From Candidatus Eiseniibacteriota bacterium (GTDB taxonomy: Bacteria > Eisenbacteria > RBG-16-71-46), in the NCBI GenBank assembly GCA_039917105.1, contig JBDSKE010000251.1, positions 16,035 through 80,034 on the forward strand: DNA of 64,000 nt. The letters run 5' to 3'. Shown one piece after another: positions 47,665 through 56,366 of this stretch (the first letter of the stretch is position 1; each line of letters opens with the position of its first letter). The translations under genes and the position numbers were made by a program. The notes under the pieces were generated by a model. That model was not told the origin of the DNA. It saw only the letters and a program-made list of their open reading frames with translations, and searched no databases.

Positions 47665-48021
47665 GGGTTCAAGCGGCCCCGCCGGTCCAGAACCCCCAAA
47701 AAAACCTCGCGGGCAGCCCATTCCCCAGTTGCAGAAGGGTGTCGGAATCCGCGACACTATGCCTGCGAGTGGATGACTGGTGCAGGTATCGGACCCGGAG
47801 AGACGTGGGGAGTGGTCCGCACCCGCCCAACATGCCTCGTGATTTCCAAGACGCCGAGCGACGACGGCCGACCTCCGTCCCGCCCGGCGTTCTTGTTGCC
47901 CGAGCAGCTTGTCTGCTCGCTGCGATTGCAGCCGGGGTCGGCCAAGCACCCGGTGAGTGCGTGCTAGACTTCCGTGCAGCAGCCTCCGACCGCTCGTCTC
48001 CCCCATCTTCCCACGGGCCGC

Positions 48022-48876
48022 ATGGATCTTTCGGTCGTCGTCGTCACCTATAACTCCCACGAGCACATCCTCGAGTGCCTGCGCTCACTCGAGCCAGCCG
48101 CCGCTGGGCTGACGATGGAATGTGTGGTGGTGGACAACGCCTCGGCCGACGACACGGCTGGGCTGGTGCGAAGCTCCGCCCCAGGCGCACGGGTGATCGA
48201 TTCCGGCGATAATCTTGGGTACGCGAAAGCCGTCAATCTCGGCACCCGGGCAACGACAGGCGAGTTCGTGCTCGTGCTGAACCCGGACTGCATACTGCGC
48301 CCGGGCTCGCTTGCGCCACTTCACACATGGATGCGCGCTCACCCACGCTGCGCCATCGCCGGACCGCGCATCGTGGGCCCCGATGGCGTACCCGAGTTGA
48401 GCGGCCGCAGTTTCCCGGGACCCGCCACGTTCCTGTTCAACCGCTATTCCCTGCCCAGCTTGCTCTGGCCGGCCAACCCGTGGTCCCGGGCCTATCTGCT
48501 TTCGGACTGGGACCGCAGCACGGACCGTTCGGTGGATTGGATCTCGGGCTCGTGCATGCTGGTCCGTCGAGCCGCGATCGACCAGGTGGGGGGCATGGAT
48601 CCGGCGTTCTTCATGTTCAACGAGGACGTCGACTGGTGCCGGTGCATGAAGCGCGCGGGCTGGTCGGTGGATTATGTGGCGGCGTCCGAAGTGATGCATC
48701 ACATCGGCGCGAGCCGCCAGCACACCTCGCCGCGCGTCATCTTGGAGCGCCACCGCGGCATGATCCATTATTACCGCAAGCACCACTCGCTCCCCAGGCC
48801 GCTCGACCTGTTCGCGGCGGCGTTCATCATGCTGCGCGCCCGGATCATGCTGCTCGTGAACGAGACGCGCCGCTGA
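48022..48876 (+). CDS. family 2 glycosyltransferase
   Basis: MDLSVVVVTYNSHEHILECL N-terminus, DxD-type GT-A fold motifs (VVVDNASAD); stop overlaps downstream start. Confidence 0.75.
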   Translation: MDLSVVVVTYNSHEHILECLRSLEPAAAGLTMECVVVDNASADDTAGLVRSSAPGARVIDSGDNLGYAKAVNLGTRATTGEFVLVLNPDCILRPGSLAPLHTWMRAHPRCAIAGPRIVGPDGVPELSGRSFPGPATFLFNRYSLPSLLWPANPWSRAYLLSDWDRSTDRSVDWISGSCMLVRRAAIDQVGGMDPAFFMFNEDVDWCRCMKRAGWSVDYVAASEVMHHIGASRQHTSPRVILERHRGMIHYYRKHHSLPRPLDLFAAAFIMLRARIMLLVNETRR

Positions 48877-49955
48877 TGCCCTACTCGCTCTCGATCGCAT
48901 TGGCCGCGGCGGTCATCGCCTGGGGGCTCACGCCGCTCGCGCGCCGGCTGGCATTGCGTCTTGGCGCGATCGACATACCCGACGCGCGTCGCATCCACAC
49001 GACCCCCATGCCGCGATTCGGCGGCCTGGCGATCGCCGCCGGCGTTCTGATGGTGGCATGGATCGCACGGTTGCTACCCGGCCCGGCCGCGGCGCTCGAC
49101 CCGCGCCCGCTGCTCGGCCTGACACTCGCTTCGCTCCCCATCCTGACGCTCGGCATGGCCGATGACCGTTGGAGCGTGAGCCCGTGGGTCAAACTCTCGG
49201 TCCAGACCTGCGCCGCGCTGACACTGACCCTGTTCGGCTTCGGGGTGCCGATCCTGACCAATCCATTCGGCCCCTCGTTCGAGACCGGGCTGCTCAGCGC
49301 ACCGCTCACCGTGCTGTGGGTGCTGACGGTCACGAACGCCATCAACCTGATCGACGGCCTGGATGGCCTTGCCTCAGGTGTTGTGGCGATCGCCTGCGCG
49401 GCACTGTGGTTGGTGGGGCGCTTGCATGGTGATTTCTATGTGATGTTCCTGGCCTCACTGGTGTTGGGAGCGTGTGTGGGATTCCTGCGCTGGAACTTCC
49501 CGCCGGCGAAGGTGTTCATGGGGGACACGGGCAGCCAGTTCCTGGGCCTGATGTTGTCGGCGCTGTCGCTGTTGGAGAACCGCAAGGGAACCGCTGCGGT
49601 GACGCTGCTGCTTCCCTTGGTCGCGCTCGGGTTGCCCCTGGCCGATAGCACGCTGGCGTTCGCGCGCCGCATGCTGAGTGGAGCGCATGTGTTCCGCGGT
49701 GACACCGGGCACATCCACCATCGCTTTCTCGATATCGGCCTGAACACGCGTCAGGCGCTGTTCGCTTTATGGACCCTGTGCGCCGTGTTCGGCGGTCTCG
49801 CCGTGCTTTTGACATGGCTGCCCCGCGTCTACGCCGTACTCATCGCCACGGTCGCGGCGGTGCTGTTGGTGCTGATGCTCGAGGTCCTGCACGTGGCGCG
49901 GGTGCGCCGCACGTCGCGGGAAGCGATCGCGAGGCGCACGCCACGCCGGCACTGA
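48876..49955 (+). CDS. MraY/WecA-family UDP-HexNAc:polyprenyl-phosphate HexNAc-1-phosphate transferase (glycosyltransferase family 4)
   Basis: Polytopic; NAINLIDGLDGLA and VFMGDTGS motifs; ATG 48876 overlaps GT2 stop (TGATG). Confidence 0.8.
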   Translation: MPYSLSIALAAAVIAWGLTPLARRLALRLGAIDIPDARRIHTTPMPRFGGLAIAAGVLMVAWIARLLPGPAAALDPRPLLGLTLASLPILTLGMADDRWSVSPWVKLSVQTCAALTLTLFGFGVPILTNPFGPSFETGLLSAPLTVLWVLTVTNAINLIDGLDGLASGVVAIACAALWLVGRLHGDFYVMFLASLVLGACVGFLRWNFPPAKVFMGDTGSQFLGLMLSALSLLENRKGTAAVTLLLPLVALGLPLADSTLAFARRMLSGAHVFRGDTGHIHHRFLDIGLNTRQALFALWTLCAVFGGLAVLLTWLPRVYAVLIATVAAVLLVLMLEVLHVARVRRTSREAIARRTPRRH

Positions 49956-49961
49956 GCGCGG

Positions 49962-50702
49962 CTACTCGGGAACCGGCACCAGGTCCACATCGAGGGCCGC
50001 GGCGCCCTGACGTTCGCGCGCGGCGGCGGTGACCAGTGCCTGCATCCGATCGAGGCGCCCCGCGTCGCGGGTCGTCGACAATCGCAGCACCTGCACGAGC
50101 ACGGTGCGATGCCGCCCGCCGACTGTCGCGCGCAAAGCCACCAGGTCGCCATCCTCGACGTAACGCGATACGATCACATGCCCCGGCTGCCCCGCGAACA
50201 TGGAACGGACCACGAGCTTGATGCCTCGGCGCGAATCGCGACGGTCGAGCACGAAGCCATCTCCTTCGCGTGTGCGAACGGCGATCGGAATGCCCTGGCC
50301 ATGCATGAGCCCTGCGACGAGCGTGGGCCTGGGCGCGCCCCCGATGCGCGACGCCCACCCGCGTGCCGCAGCGGCTGCTGCGAGGTCCTCACCCAAGGCG
50401 CGCTCGATGCGCACACCGGTTCCGCCAAGCGCCGTGGAGACTTCGTCGAGCACCGTGATCGCGGTGACCGCCTCGAGGATGGGATCGTCGAGCCCACCGT
50501 CCTCGCCCGAATGCCCGGCATAACATGGGCCCGCCATGGTGCAAGCGTTGCCGAACGCCAGGCACACCTGCGCCCCCTCGCTTGCGGAAAGACAGGCGAA
50601 GTTCGAACCGCATTGGCGGCACGCCGCCCCGGCCGGGGTCGTGCCACCGAGTTCCAGGAACAACAGACCAAGGCACATCGCAGGTTGCAGGATCGATCGC
50701 AT
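49962..50702 (-). CDS. hypothetical exported protein with cysteine-rich N-terminal module
   Basis: Signal-like N-terminus then CRQCGSNFACLSASEGAQVCLAFGNACTMAGPCY (7 Cys in 34 aa); no recognisable family. Confidence 0.4.
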   Translation of the reverse strand: MRSILQPAMCLGLLFLELGGTTPAGAACRQCGSNFACLSASEGAQVCLAFGNACTMAGPCYAGHSGEDGGLDDPILEAVTAITVLDEVSTALGGTGVRIERALGEDLAAAAAARGWASRIGGAPRPTLVAGLMHGQGIPIAVRTREGDGFVLDRRDSRRGIKLVVRSMFAGQPGHVIVSRYVEDGDLVALRATVGGRHRTVLVQVLRLSTTRDAGRLDRMQALVTAAARERQGAAALDVDLVPVPE

Positions 50703-50839
50703 GGGTCACGCCTCCCGGGGGCAGCTGGGTCGAGGGACACGATCGGTATTGCAGGGGGCGTGCCGGAGGGAACCCTGTGCTACTGCGGGCACACGCAGGT
50801 GGGGTCGCACACGGCGTGGACGCTGCGACGACGCTGGAA

Positions 50840-51403
50840 TCAGCTTGCGGCGGCGTGGGCCTGGCGCTGCATGAGCAGGAGTAGATAGAAGCCGAGCAGC
50901 GTGAGGTCGGTCAGTTCGGGGAGCGCGCGCGCGGCCTCGCTCGGCTCGACCGAGACTGCCGTCCGGAACCAAGTGGGGCCACGCACGAAGGACAGCACTC
51001 CAAGCTCACTGGCATCCTCGAACCGCCAGGCACGCCCCCAGAAATCCGCACGCTTCCAGCGCAGTTCCCGGCCACTTGCGCACCGCGCGATCCCCTTGCC
51101 GACCCACCCCGGGTGGAACGTGATCCGCGGCGTCCCGGCATCCTCTGCCGAAAGCAGCACATTACCTCTGAACAGTCCGGCGTGACGCAACAGGCTGCGG
51201 CCAGAAGCCGTAGTGGCGACCGCGGCGGAGTTGAACAACGCTCGCGACTCGACCGTGGCGAGCAGCTCCTCGCCGGCGCGCAATTCATAGAGGCGTCGGA
51301 ACATCCGCGGCTGGCTCCAGACCCATTCCGTCCCGAAGCATTGCGTGAACGGTTTCACTGCGCCCCCCCGAATAAGACCGCCCGCGGGACCGTGATCGCC
51401 CAC
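50840..51403 (-). CDS. hypothetical protein
   Basis: ORF with genome-typical codon usage and C-terminal hydrophobic segment; start uncertain. Confidence 0.35.
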   Translation of the reverse strand: MGDHGPAGGLIRGGAVKPFTQCFGTEWVWSQPRMFRRLYELRAGEELLATVESRALFNSAAVATTASGRSLLRHAGLFRGNVLLSAEDAGTPRITFHPGWVGKGIARCASGRELRWKRADFWGRAWRFEDASELGVLSFVRGPTWFRTAVSVEPSEAARALPELTDLTLLGFYLLLLMQRQAHAAAS

Positions 51404-51448
51404 AGGGGTGGGCGCGGCGCCGCGGGCGAACTCGTCACTGCCTGGCCC

Positions 51449-52150
51449 TCAGTACGCCATTGACCAGTTGAGCTTGATGGTCCAGAGGGTCTCGTTGCTC
51501 TTCTCGGGGCCGAACACCGGATTCACCACCCCGTCACGACCTCCCAGCATGTGTACGCGGGCATCGACACCGAGCAGGTTCCTGTCATCGAGCGGCGTGT
51601 TGGCGCCCACTGCGAACGAGTACCCCGTCGCCGGAGCGCCACTGTAGTCGTACAAAGTGCGGTAGTACTTGTGAAAATAGTAGCCAGCACCCAAGCCCAG
51701 GTACGGACGCAGCGCGGTCTTGGTCCGGAAATGCCGCGTCAGTTCGAGCGACATCGGCACGGCAATCTCGTAGGAGTTCCCCAAGTGTCCCAACAGATCG
51801 TGGCTGATTGAACCGCCAACGGCCCACTTGCGGTTGAGCATGCGTTGGTACGCGACCCCATAACCACCGAGCGCGTCGCCCGCCGTCTTGCCCAAACCCT
51901 TCGCATAACCGGCGCGCAAGGAAATCCAGTTGGTCCGCTTGGCCCATGGCCCATCGTCCTTCTTCTGGTCCTCGATCGACTTCTCGGCCGGCTTGACCTT
52001 CTTCACCGAAGGGGCCTTGACCTTCTTGACCTTGGATGCGGGCTTGGGAGCCTCGACCGTCGGGGCTGCCGCTGACTTCGGGGCGTCCTCGGCGAACGAA
52101 GGGGCCACCACCAGGATCACGGCCATGGTCGTGGCCAACGCCACGGACAT
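51449..52150 (-). CDS. outer-membrane beta-barrel protein (OMP_b-brl-like)
   Basis: Signal peptide MSVALATTMAVILVVAPSFA; alternating amphipathic strands; C-terminal aromatic terminus ...WTIKLNWSMAY; start at ATG 52150. Confidence 0.5.
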   Translation of the reverse strand: MSVALATTMAVILVVAPSFAEDAPKSAAAPTVEAPKPASKVKKVKAPSVKKVKPAEKSIEDQKKDDGPWAKRTNWISLRAGYAKGLGKTAGDALGGYGVAYQRMLNRKWAVGGSISHDLLGHLGNSYEIAVPMSLELTRHFRTKTALRPYLGLGAGYYFHKYYRTLYDYSGAPATGYSFAVGANTPLDDRNLLGVDARVHMLGGRDGVVNPVFGPEKSNETLWTIKLNWSMAY

Positions 52151-52405
52151 GAGCCGCAGGCAAATGGATCGCTTCAACACCTGAGTGCTCCTTTCAACGT
52201 GCACAGCCCGGTCGGACTTCCCCGGGACCACCGGGGTGCGTGTCGCTCAGCCGGATGGGAGGCCCCACGGCGCGCGGACAGGGGCGGAAAACTAACAGAC
52301 GCCCCCTCACCCCCGCAATCCACCCTGCGGGTCCTGACCACGGCGAAAGCAGCGCGGGACACTTTTCCGCTGCGCGCTTCCTTGGCATCGGCTAGGTTGC
52401 TCCCC

Positions 52406-52924
52406 ATGCGCCGTGCCGGTCCGCAAGCCCGATTCCTGTTGCCGTTCGCCCTACTCCTCGCCCTTTGGGGCGCGGGCTGCGGGAGGACCAAGAAACCCGA
52501 AGCGAAACTGACCTTCGAGCAGTTGCCCGACACCGCGGGGCTCTCGCAGGGCCGTCCGATCCTGACCGAGCTCGAGACCATGCGCATGGATGGTGGGGCG
52601 CTGCGAGTGCTGGGGGGCGCGGACCTTCCCGAGGGTGCGCGGCTGCAGATCGCAATCAGGCGTCCGAATGAACGCAGTACCGTCGCCATGGCGCATGTCG
52701 AGGTGCACGAGCACCGCTTCGAATCCCCGCCGCTCATGGGAGAGTTCGGCCCATTACCCAAGGCGCGCTATCGCTTCGAGGTCACGGCGCGCTTCACGCC
52801 AGACTGGCAGCCGGCCACGGTATTGCGCGCGACCAACGACGGCAAGACGCTGCGCGGGCCGGGCATCACGCGTGATCGCAATGGAGATGCGATGTTCTTC
52901 CTGTCCAAGGAGACCCAGCGATGA
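52406..52924 (+). CDS. lipoprotein of unknown function
   Basis: Lipobox LWGAGCGR after start MRRAGPQARFLLPFALLLA; stop overlaps downstream GNAT gene start (ATGA). Confidence 0.5.
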   Translation: MRRAGPQARFLLPFALLLALWGAGCGRTKKPEAKLTFEQLPDTAGLSQGRPILTELETMRMDGGALRVLGGADLPEGARLQIAIRRPNERSTVAMAHVEVHEHRFESPPLMGEFGPLPKARYRFEVTARFTPDWQPATVLRATNDGKTLRGPGITRDRNGDAMFFLSKETQR

Positions 52925-54201
52925 GCCGCCCGCGCGCTCCAAGACCGCCCGCACTGCGATACCGGCCTGCCCGACGCACGGACGTCGATACGCTTGCCGA
53001 TCTGGCCTTGCGAGCGTACCGCGTCAGCAGCCTCGAGGCTCGCCGCGAGTTCTACACGGACCACCCACGTTTCACGCTCAAGGATGTCCGAGTCGGCGAG
53101 CTCGATGGCGAGATCGTCGCCTCGCTCGTCTTCTACCCGCTCACGGCACTCGTCCGCGGCACACGCCTTCCCCTGACCGGTATCGGATCAGTCTCCGTAT
53201 CGCCCGAACACCGCCGCCGCGGCGTGGGCGAAGCATTGATCCGCTCCGCGTTGCGCGAACTGCGCCAACGCGGGGACGCGTTCTCGATCCTGTATCCGTT
53301 CCGTACCGAGTTCTACCGGCGTTTTGGTTATGGACTCATCGAGCGGCCGCGTTTGATGTCGATGGCGCCGGCGCTGCTGCCGGCTTCCGACGAAGCCAAG
53401 CGCGTCCGCAGACTGAGACTACCGGACCGCCCGCATGTTCAAGCCCTGTACGACCAGCACACGCTCGAGCGCGGACACTTCGCGCTCACCCGCCGGTCTG
53501 AATGGTGGGAGCAGCGCTTGTGGAGCTATGAAGGTGATTGGGTGGTGTATGAACGCCATCGGGGTCGGATCGAGGGCTATCTGCAATATCAGGTCGACAG
53601 CGCCGAGGGCCCATGGAAGCTTGCCGTCACCGTCAATGAGTTCGTCGCGACGACGCCAGCGGCCCAGCGCGGTCTATGGGGATACCTGCACGCGCTTCGC
53701 GACCAGGCCAGTGAGATCGTACTCGCCACGCCGGATGACGGCACGTGGGATGCCGTCCTGTCCGACGCGCAGAACCTGCGTGGTGAACTCAAGCTGGGCG
53801 TGTTGCGCTCGGCGGGACACGCGGGCAATGGCGCCATGTTGCGCCTGCTGGACGCCAAGGCGGGGCTCGAGGCGATGCCGATCGAAACGCATGCACGCGG
53901 CGAACTCACAATCGAGCTACGCGACGACGTGCTTCCGCAGAACGCTCGCGGCTGGCGCCTGACTGCGCGCGAGGGGCGCCTGCATGTCCGCGTCGAGAGC
54001 GCTCGCATGCAGGGAACACGCAATCAACTGCCGCGACTGGTGATGCCGCCCGACGTGCTCTCCAGCATCCTGGCCGGCTCGCTCTCGCCGCAGCGCGCGA
54101 CCGAGATGGGCCTGGTCGAGGATCTGCGAGGCGGCGCCGAAATGATCGAACGCTGGTTCACTACCCGGCCCGCGTTCCTGTACGCCTTCAACGCATTCTA
54201 G
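52921..54201 (+). CDS. Eis-like GNAT N-acetyltransferase (GNAT + SCP2-like C-terminal domain)
   Basis: Acetyl-CoA binding motif RRRGVGEALIRSALRELRQRGDAFSILYP; three-domain Eis architecture. Confidence 0.65.
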   Translation: MSRPRAPRPPALRYRPARRTDVDTLADLALRAYRVSSLEARREFYTDHPRFTLKDVRVGELDGEIVASLVFYPLTALVRGTRLPLTGIGSVSVSPEHRRRGVGEALIRSALRELRQRGDAFSILYPFRTEFYRRFGYGLIERPRLMSMAPALLPASDEAKRVRRLRLPDRPHVQALYDQHTLERGHFALTRRSEWWEQRLWSYEGDWVVYERHRGRIEGYLQYQVDSAEGPWKLAVTVNEFVATTPAAQRGLWGYLHALRDQASEIVLATPDDGTWDAVLSDAQNLRGELKLGVLRSAGHAGNGAMLRLLDAKAGLEAMPIETHARGELTIELRDDVLPQNARGWRLTAREGRLHVRVESARMQGTRNQLPRLVMPPDVLSSILAGSLSPQRATEMGLVEDLRGGAEMIERWFTTRPAFLYAFNAF

Positions 54202-54214
54202 TGCGAGGAGCCCG

Positions 54215-54658
54215 GTGAGTGATTCCCTCTGGACGGTCGTGGCCCCGTTACGCCCGCGTTTTCGCGACACCGACGCCATGGGGCACATCAATAACGCGGT
54301 CTATGTCACTTATCTCGAGGTGGCGCGGCAGGAGTATTGGCGCGCGTTCAAAGGCGGCGAATCCAACTACCGCGTGGTGCCATTCATCCTTGCGCGCGTC
54401 GAGGTCGATTTTCGGAGCGAGGCACTCATGCACGAAATGCTCGACCTGGGCATCCGTTGCTCGCATGTGGGCGGAAAGTCGTTCGGGTTCGACTACGAGA
54501 TCCGCGAACACACCACGCAACGGCTTGTCGTGGCGGCCCGCACGGTGCAGGTGCTTTACGATTACGCCAACAAGCAGAGCATCGCAGTTCCCGCGGAACT
54601 GCGCGCCAACCTCGAATCGTTCGAAGGTCGTTCACTCACCCGTGAGGTTTCTCCATGA
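54215..54658 (+). CDS. acyl-CoA thioesterase, 4HBT/YbgC family (hotdog fold)
   Basis: RFRDTDAMGHINNAVYVTYLEVARQEYW N-terminal motif. Confidence 0.75.
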   Translation: MSDSLWTVVAPLRPRFRDTDAMGHINNAVYVTYLEVARQEYWRAFKGGESNYRVVPFILARVEVDFRSEALMHEMLDLGIRCSHVGGKSFGFDYEIREHTTQRLVVAARTVQVLYDYANKQSIAVPAELRANLESFEGRSLTREVSP

Positions 54659-54933
54659 GTGACTCCAGCCGCAAACCCGCCGCGATTTCGCGCCGGCGCT
54701 TCATGGCAAGCGTCGCGGCTGGTTCCGCCGCACTGCTCGCGCACCCGCTTGCCGCTGCCGCCGCCACGGCGCGGCGCGCAGCGCGCAAGGCGAGTGCTCC
54801 ACCGTCGGAGTTCAACAAACAACGCGCCAGCACCCTTGCCACGCTCAAGACGATCCGCGCTCAGGTCTTGCCGCCGGGCGGCGACCTTGGCGCCGTGTTC
54901 CATCCACTGCGGTCTCGACGGGGTGGCAAGTGA
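54655..54933 (+). CDS. small (92 aa) protein with twin-arginine signal, translationally coupled between the thioesterase and amidase genes
   Basis: SRRRFMASVAAGSAALLAHPLAAAAA Tat motif; ATGA overlaps at both ends (54655-54658 and 54930-54933); GC-rich third positions consistent with coding. Confidence 0.45.
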   Translation: MSDSSRKPAAISRRRFMASVAAGSAALLAHPLAAAAATARRAARKASAPPSEFNKQRASTLATLKTIRAQVLPPGGDLGAVFHPLRSRRGGK

Positions 54934-56336
54934 TGCTCGACGAGGCCACGTTCCACCTGCCCGTCGCGGAGTTGGCCGCGCGTATCCGCACGCGCCGGCT
55001 TTCACCCGTTGAACTGACCGAGGGATTCCTTGTCCGGATCGCCCGCCTCAATGCTCGTTTCAATGCCTACGAGACCGTCACGCCCGAGTTGGCACTGACC
55101 CAGGCTCGCTTGGCCGAAGCCGAGATCGCGGCCGGTCGGTACCGAGGTCCATTGCACGGGGTTCCCTACGGAGCCAAGGACCTGCTCGACACTGCGGGCG
55201 TCGCCACCGCGTGGGGCACGAAGTTCCTCAAGGGCCGCGTGCCCGAAACGGACGCCACGGTCATCACGCGTCTGCGGGAGGCGGGCGCGGTTCTACTCGG
55301 CAAGACGGCGATGGTCGAGTTCGCCGGGTGCCTGGGCTATCGATTTCCCGCGTCGTCGGCGATGGGCCCGGGACGGAACCCCTGGGACGCGTCGCGCTGG
55401 ACTGGCGGGTCGTCCTCCGGCTCGGGCGCGGCAATGGCGGCGGGTCTCGCGGCATTCGCGATCGGGACCGAGACGTGGGGCAGCATCCTGTGCCCGGCCG
55501 CGTTCTGCGGCGTGACCGGCTTTCGCCCGACCTACGGCGTGGTCTCGCGCGCAGGCGGCATGGTTGGAGCCTATACATTCGACAAAGTGGGACCACTCGT
55601 CCGGACGGCGCAGGATGCGCGACTCGTGCTCCAAGCGATCGTCGGCCCGGACCCGCGCGACCCCTCGTGCACGAACGAGCCGCTCGAGTTGCGCCCGCGG
55701 GCGGGCAAACCGCTTGGCCAACTCAAGGCGGCGATCATCCCCTTGGATTGGGGCCCCGGAACCGAACCCCAGTGCAAGGTCGCGTTCGAGGCGGCCGTGG
55801 ACGAGTTGCGCGGAGCCGGCCTGGCCATGGAGGTCGCCAAACTCCCCGACTACCCGGCAAGCGAAGTCTCGGGGCTGCTCATCACGGTCGAGGCGCTCGC
55901 TTCGTTCGAACCCTTCCTCAAGGATGGTCGCGCCAAGCAATTGCACGACGACATGGCGTGGCGCCAAGGCGAAATCGCCTCGGTCATCACCGGCGCCGAT
56001 GTGATGAAGGCATGGCGCATGCGCGGGGAGTTGCAGAGGAAGACCGCTGAGTTCTTCGAGCGCTACGATGTCATCGTGTCCCCGAACTTCCAGTCCGTCG
56101 CACCACCTGTGGATCGCAATCTATATGAGACCTTGCCATACGGCGATCCCGTTGGGGCGATCGGGAACGGTTGTGGGCTACCGGCGATCGCACTTCCATG
56201 CGGCGCGGGTGCGCACGGGCTGCCGGTGGGGTTCCAGATCATGGGCGCACCGTTCGAGGAAGCGACGCTGCTGGACTTGGGCGAGTTGTACCAGCGCCGC
56301 ACGCATCACCATCGGGCGACACCGAAACTGGCCTGA
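54930..56336 (+). CDS. amidase-signature family enzyme (GatA-like amidase)
   Basis: GGSSSGSGAAMAAGL amidase signature with Ser-cisSer-Lys context; no own signal peptide. Confidence 0.85.
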   Translation: MMLDEATFHLPVAELAARIRTRRLSPVELTEGFLVRIARLNARFNAYETVTPELALTQARLAEAEIAAGRYRGPLHGVPYGAKDLLDTAGVATAWGTKFLKGRVPETDATVITRLREAGAVLLGKTAMVEFAGCLGYRFPASSAMGPGRNPWDASRWTGGSSSGSGAAMAAGLAAFAIGTETWGSILCPAAFCGVTGFRPTYGVVSRAGGMVGAYTFDKVGPLVRTAQDARLVLQAIVGPDPRDPSCTNEPLELRPRAGKPLGQLKAAIIPLDWGPGTEPQCKVAFEAAVDELRGAGLAMEVAKLPDYPASEVSGLLITVEALASFEPFLKDGRAKQLHDDMAWRQGEIASVITGADVMKAWRMRGELQRKTAEFFERYDVIVSPNFQSVAPPVDRNLYETLPYGDPVGAIGNGCGLPAIALPCGAGAHGLPVGFQIMGAPFEEATLLDLGELYQRRTHHHRATPKLA

Positions 56337-56366
56337 GTGGGTCGGGCCGCAAAGGGCGTCCCGGCA

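Noticed and set aside
52220-52236. Short inverted repeat CCCCGGgaccaCCGGGG in the divergent region between the OMP gene and the lipoprotein gene
   Set aside because: A 6-bp stem in high-GC DNA, not positioned after a gene end (both flanking genes diverge from it). Could be a weak operator but the evidence is too thin.
54659-55012. Alternative-frame ORF 54659-55012 (117 aa) overlapping the small Tat-signal ORF and amidase start
   Set aside because: The out-of-frame ORF has no recognisable features, and the in-frame arrangement with ATGA couplings is more parsimonious. Retained only the 54655-54933 ORF, itself at modest confidence.
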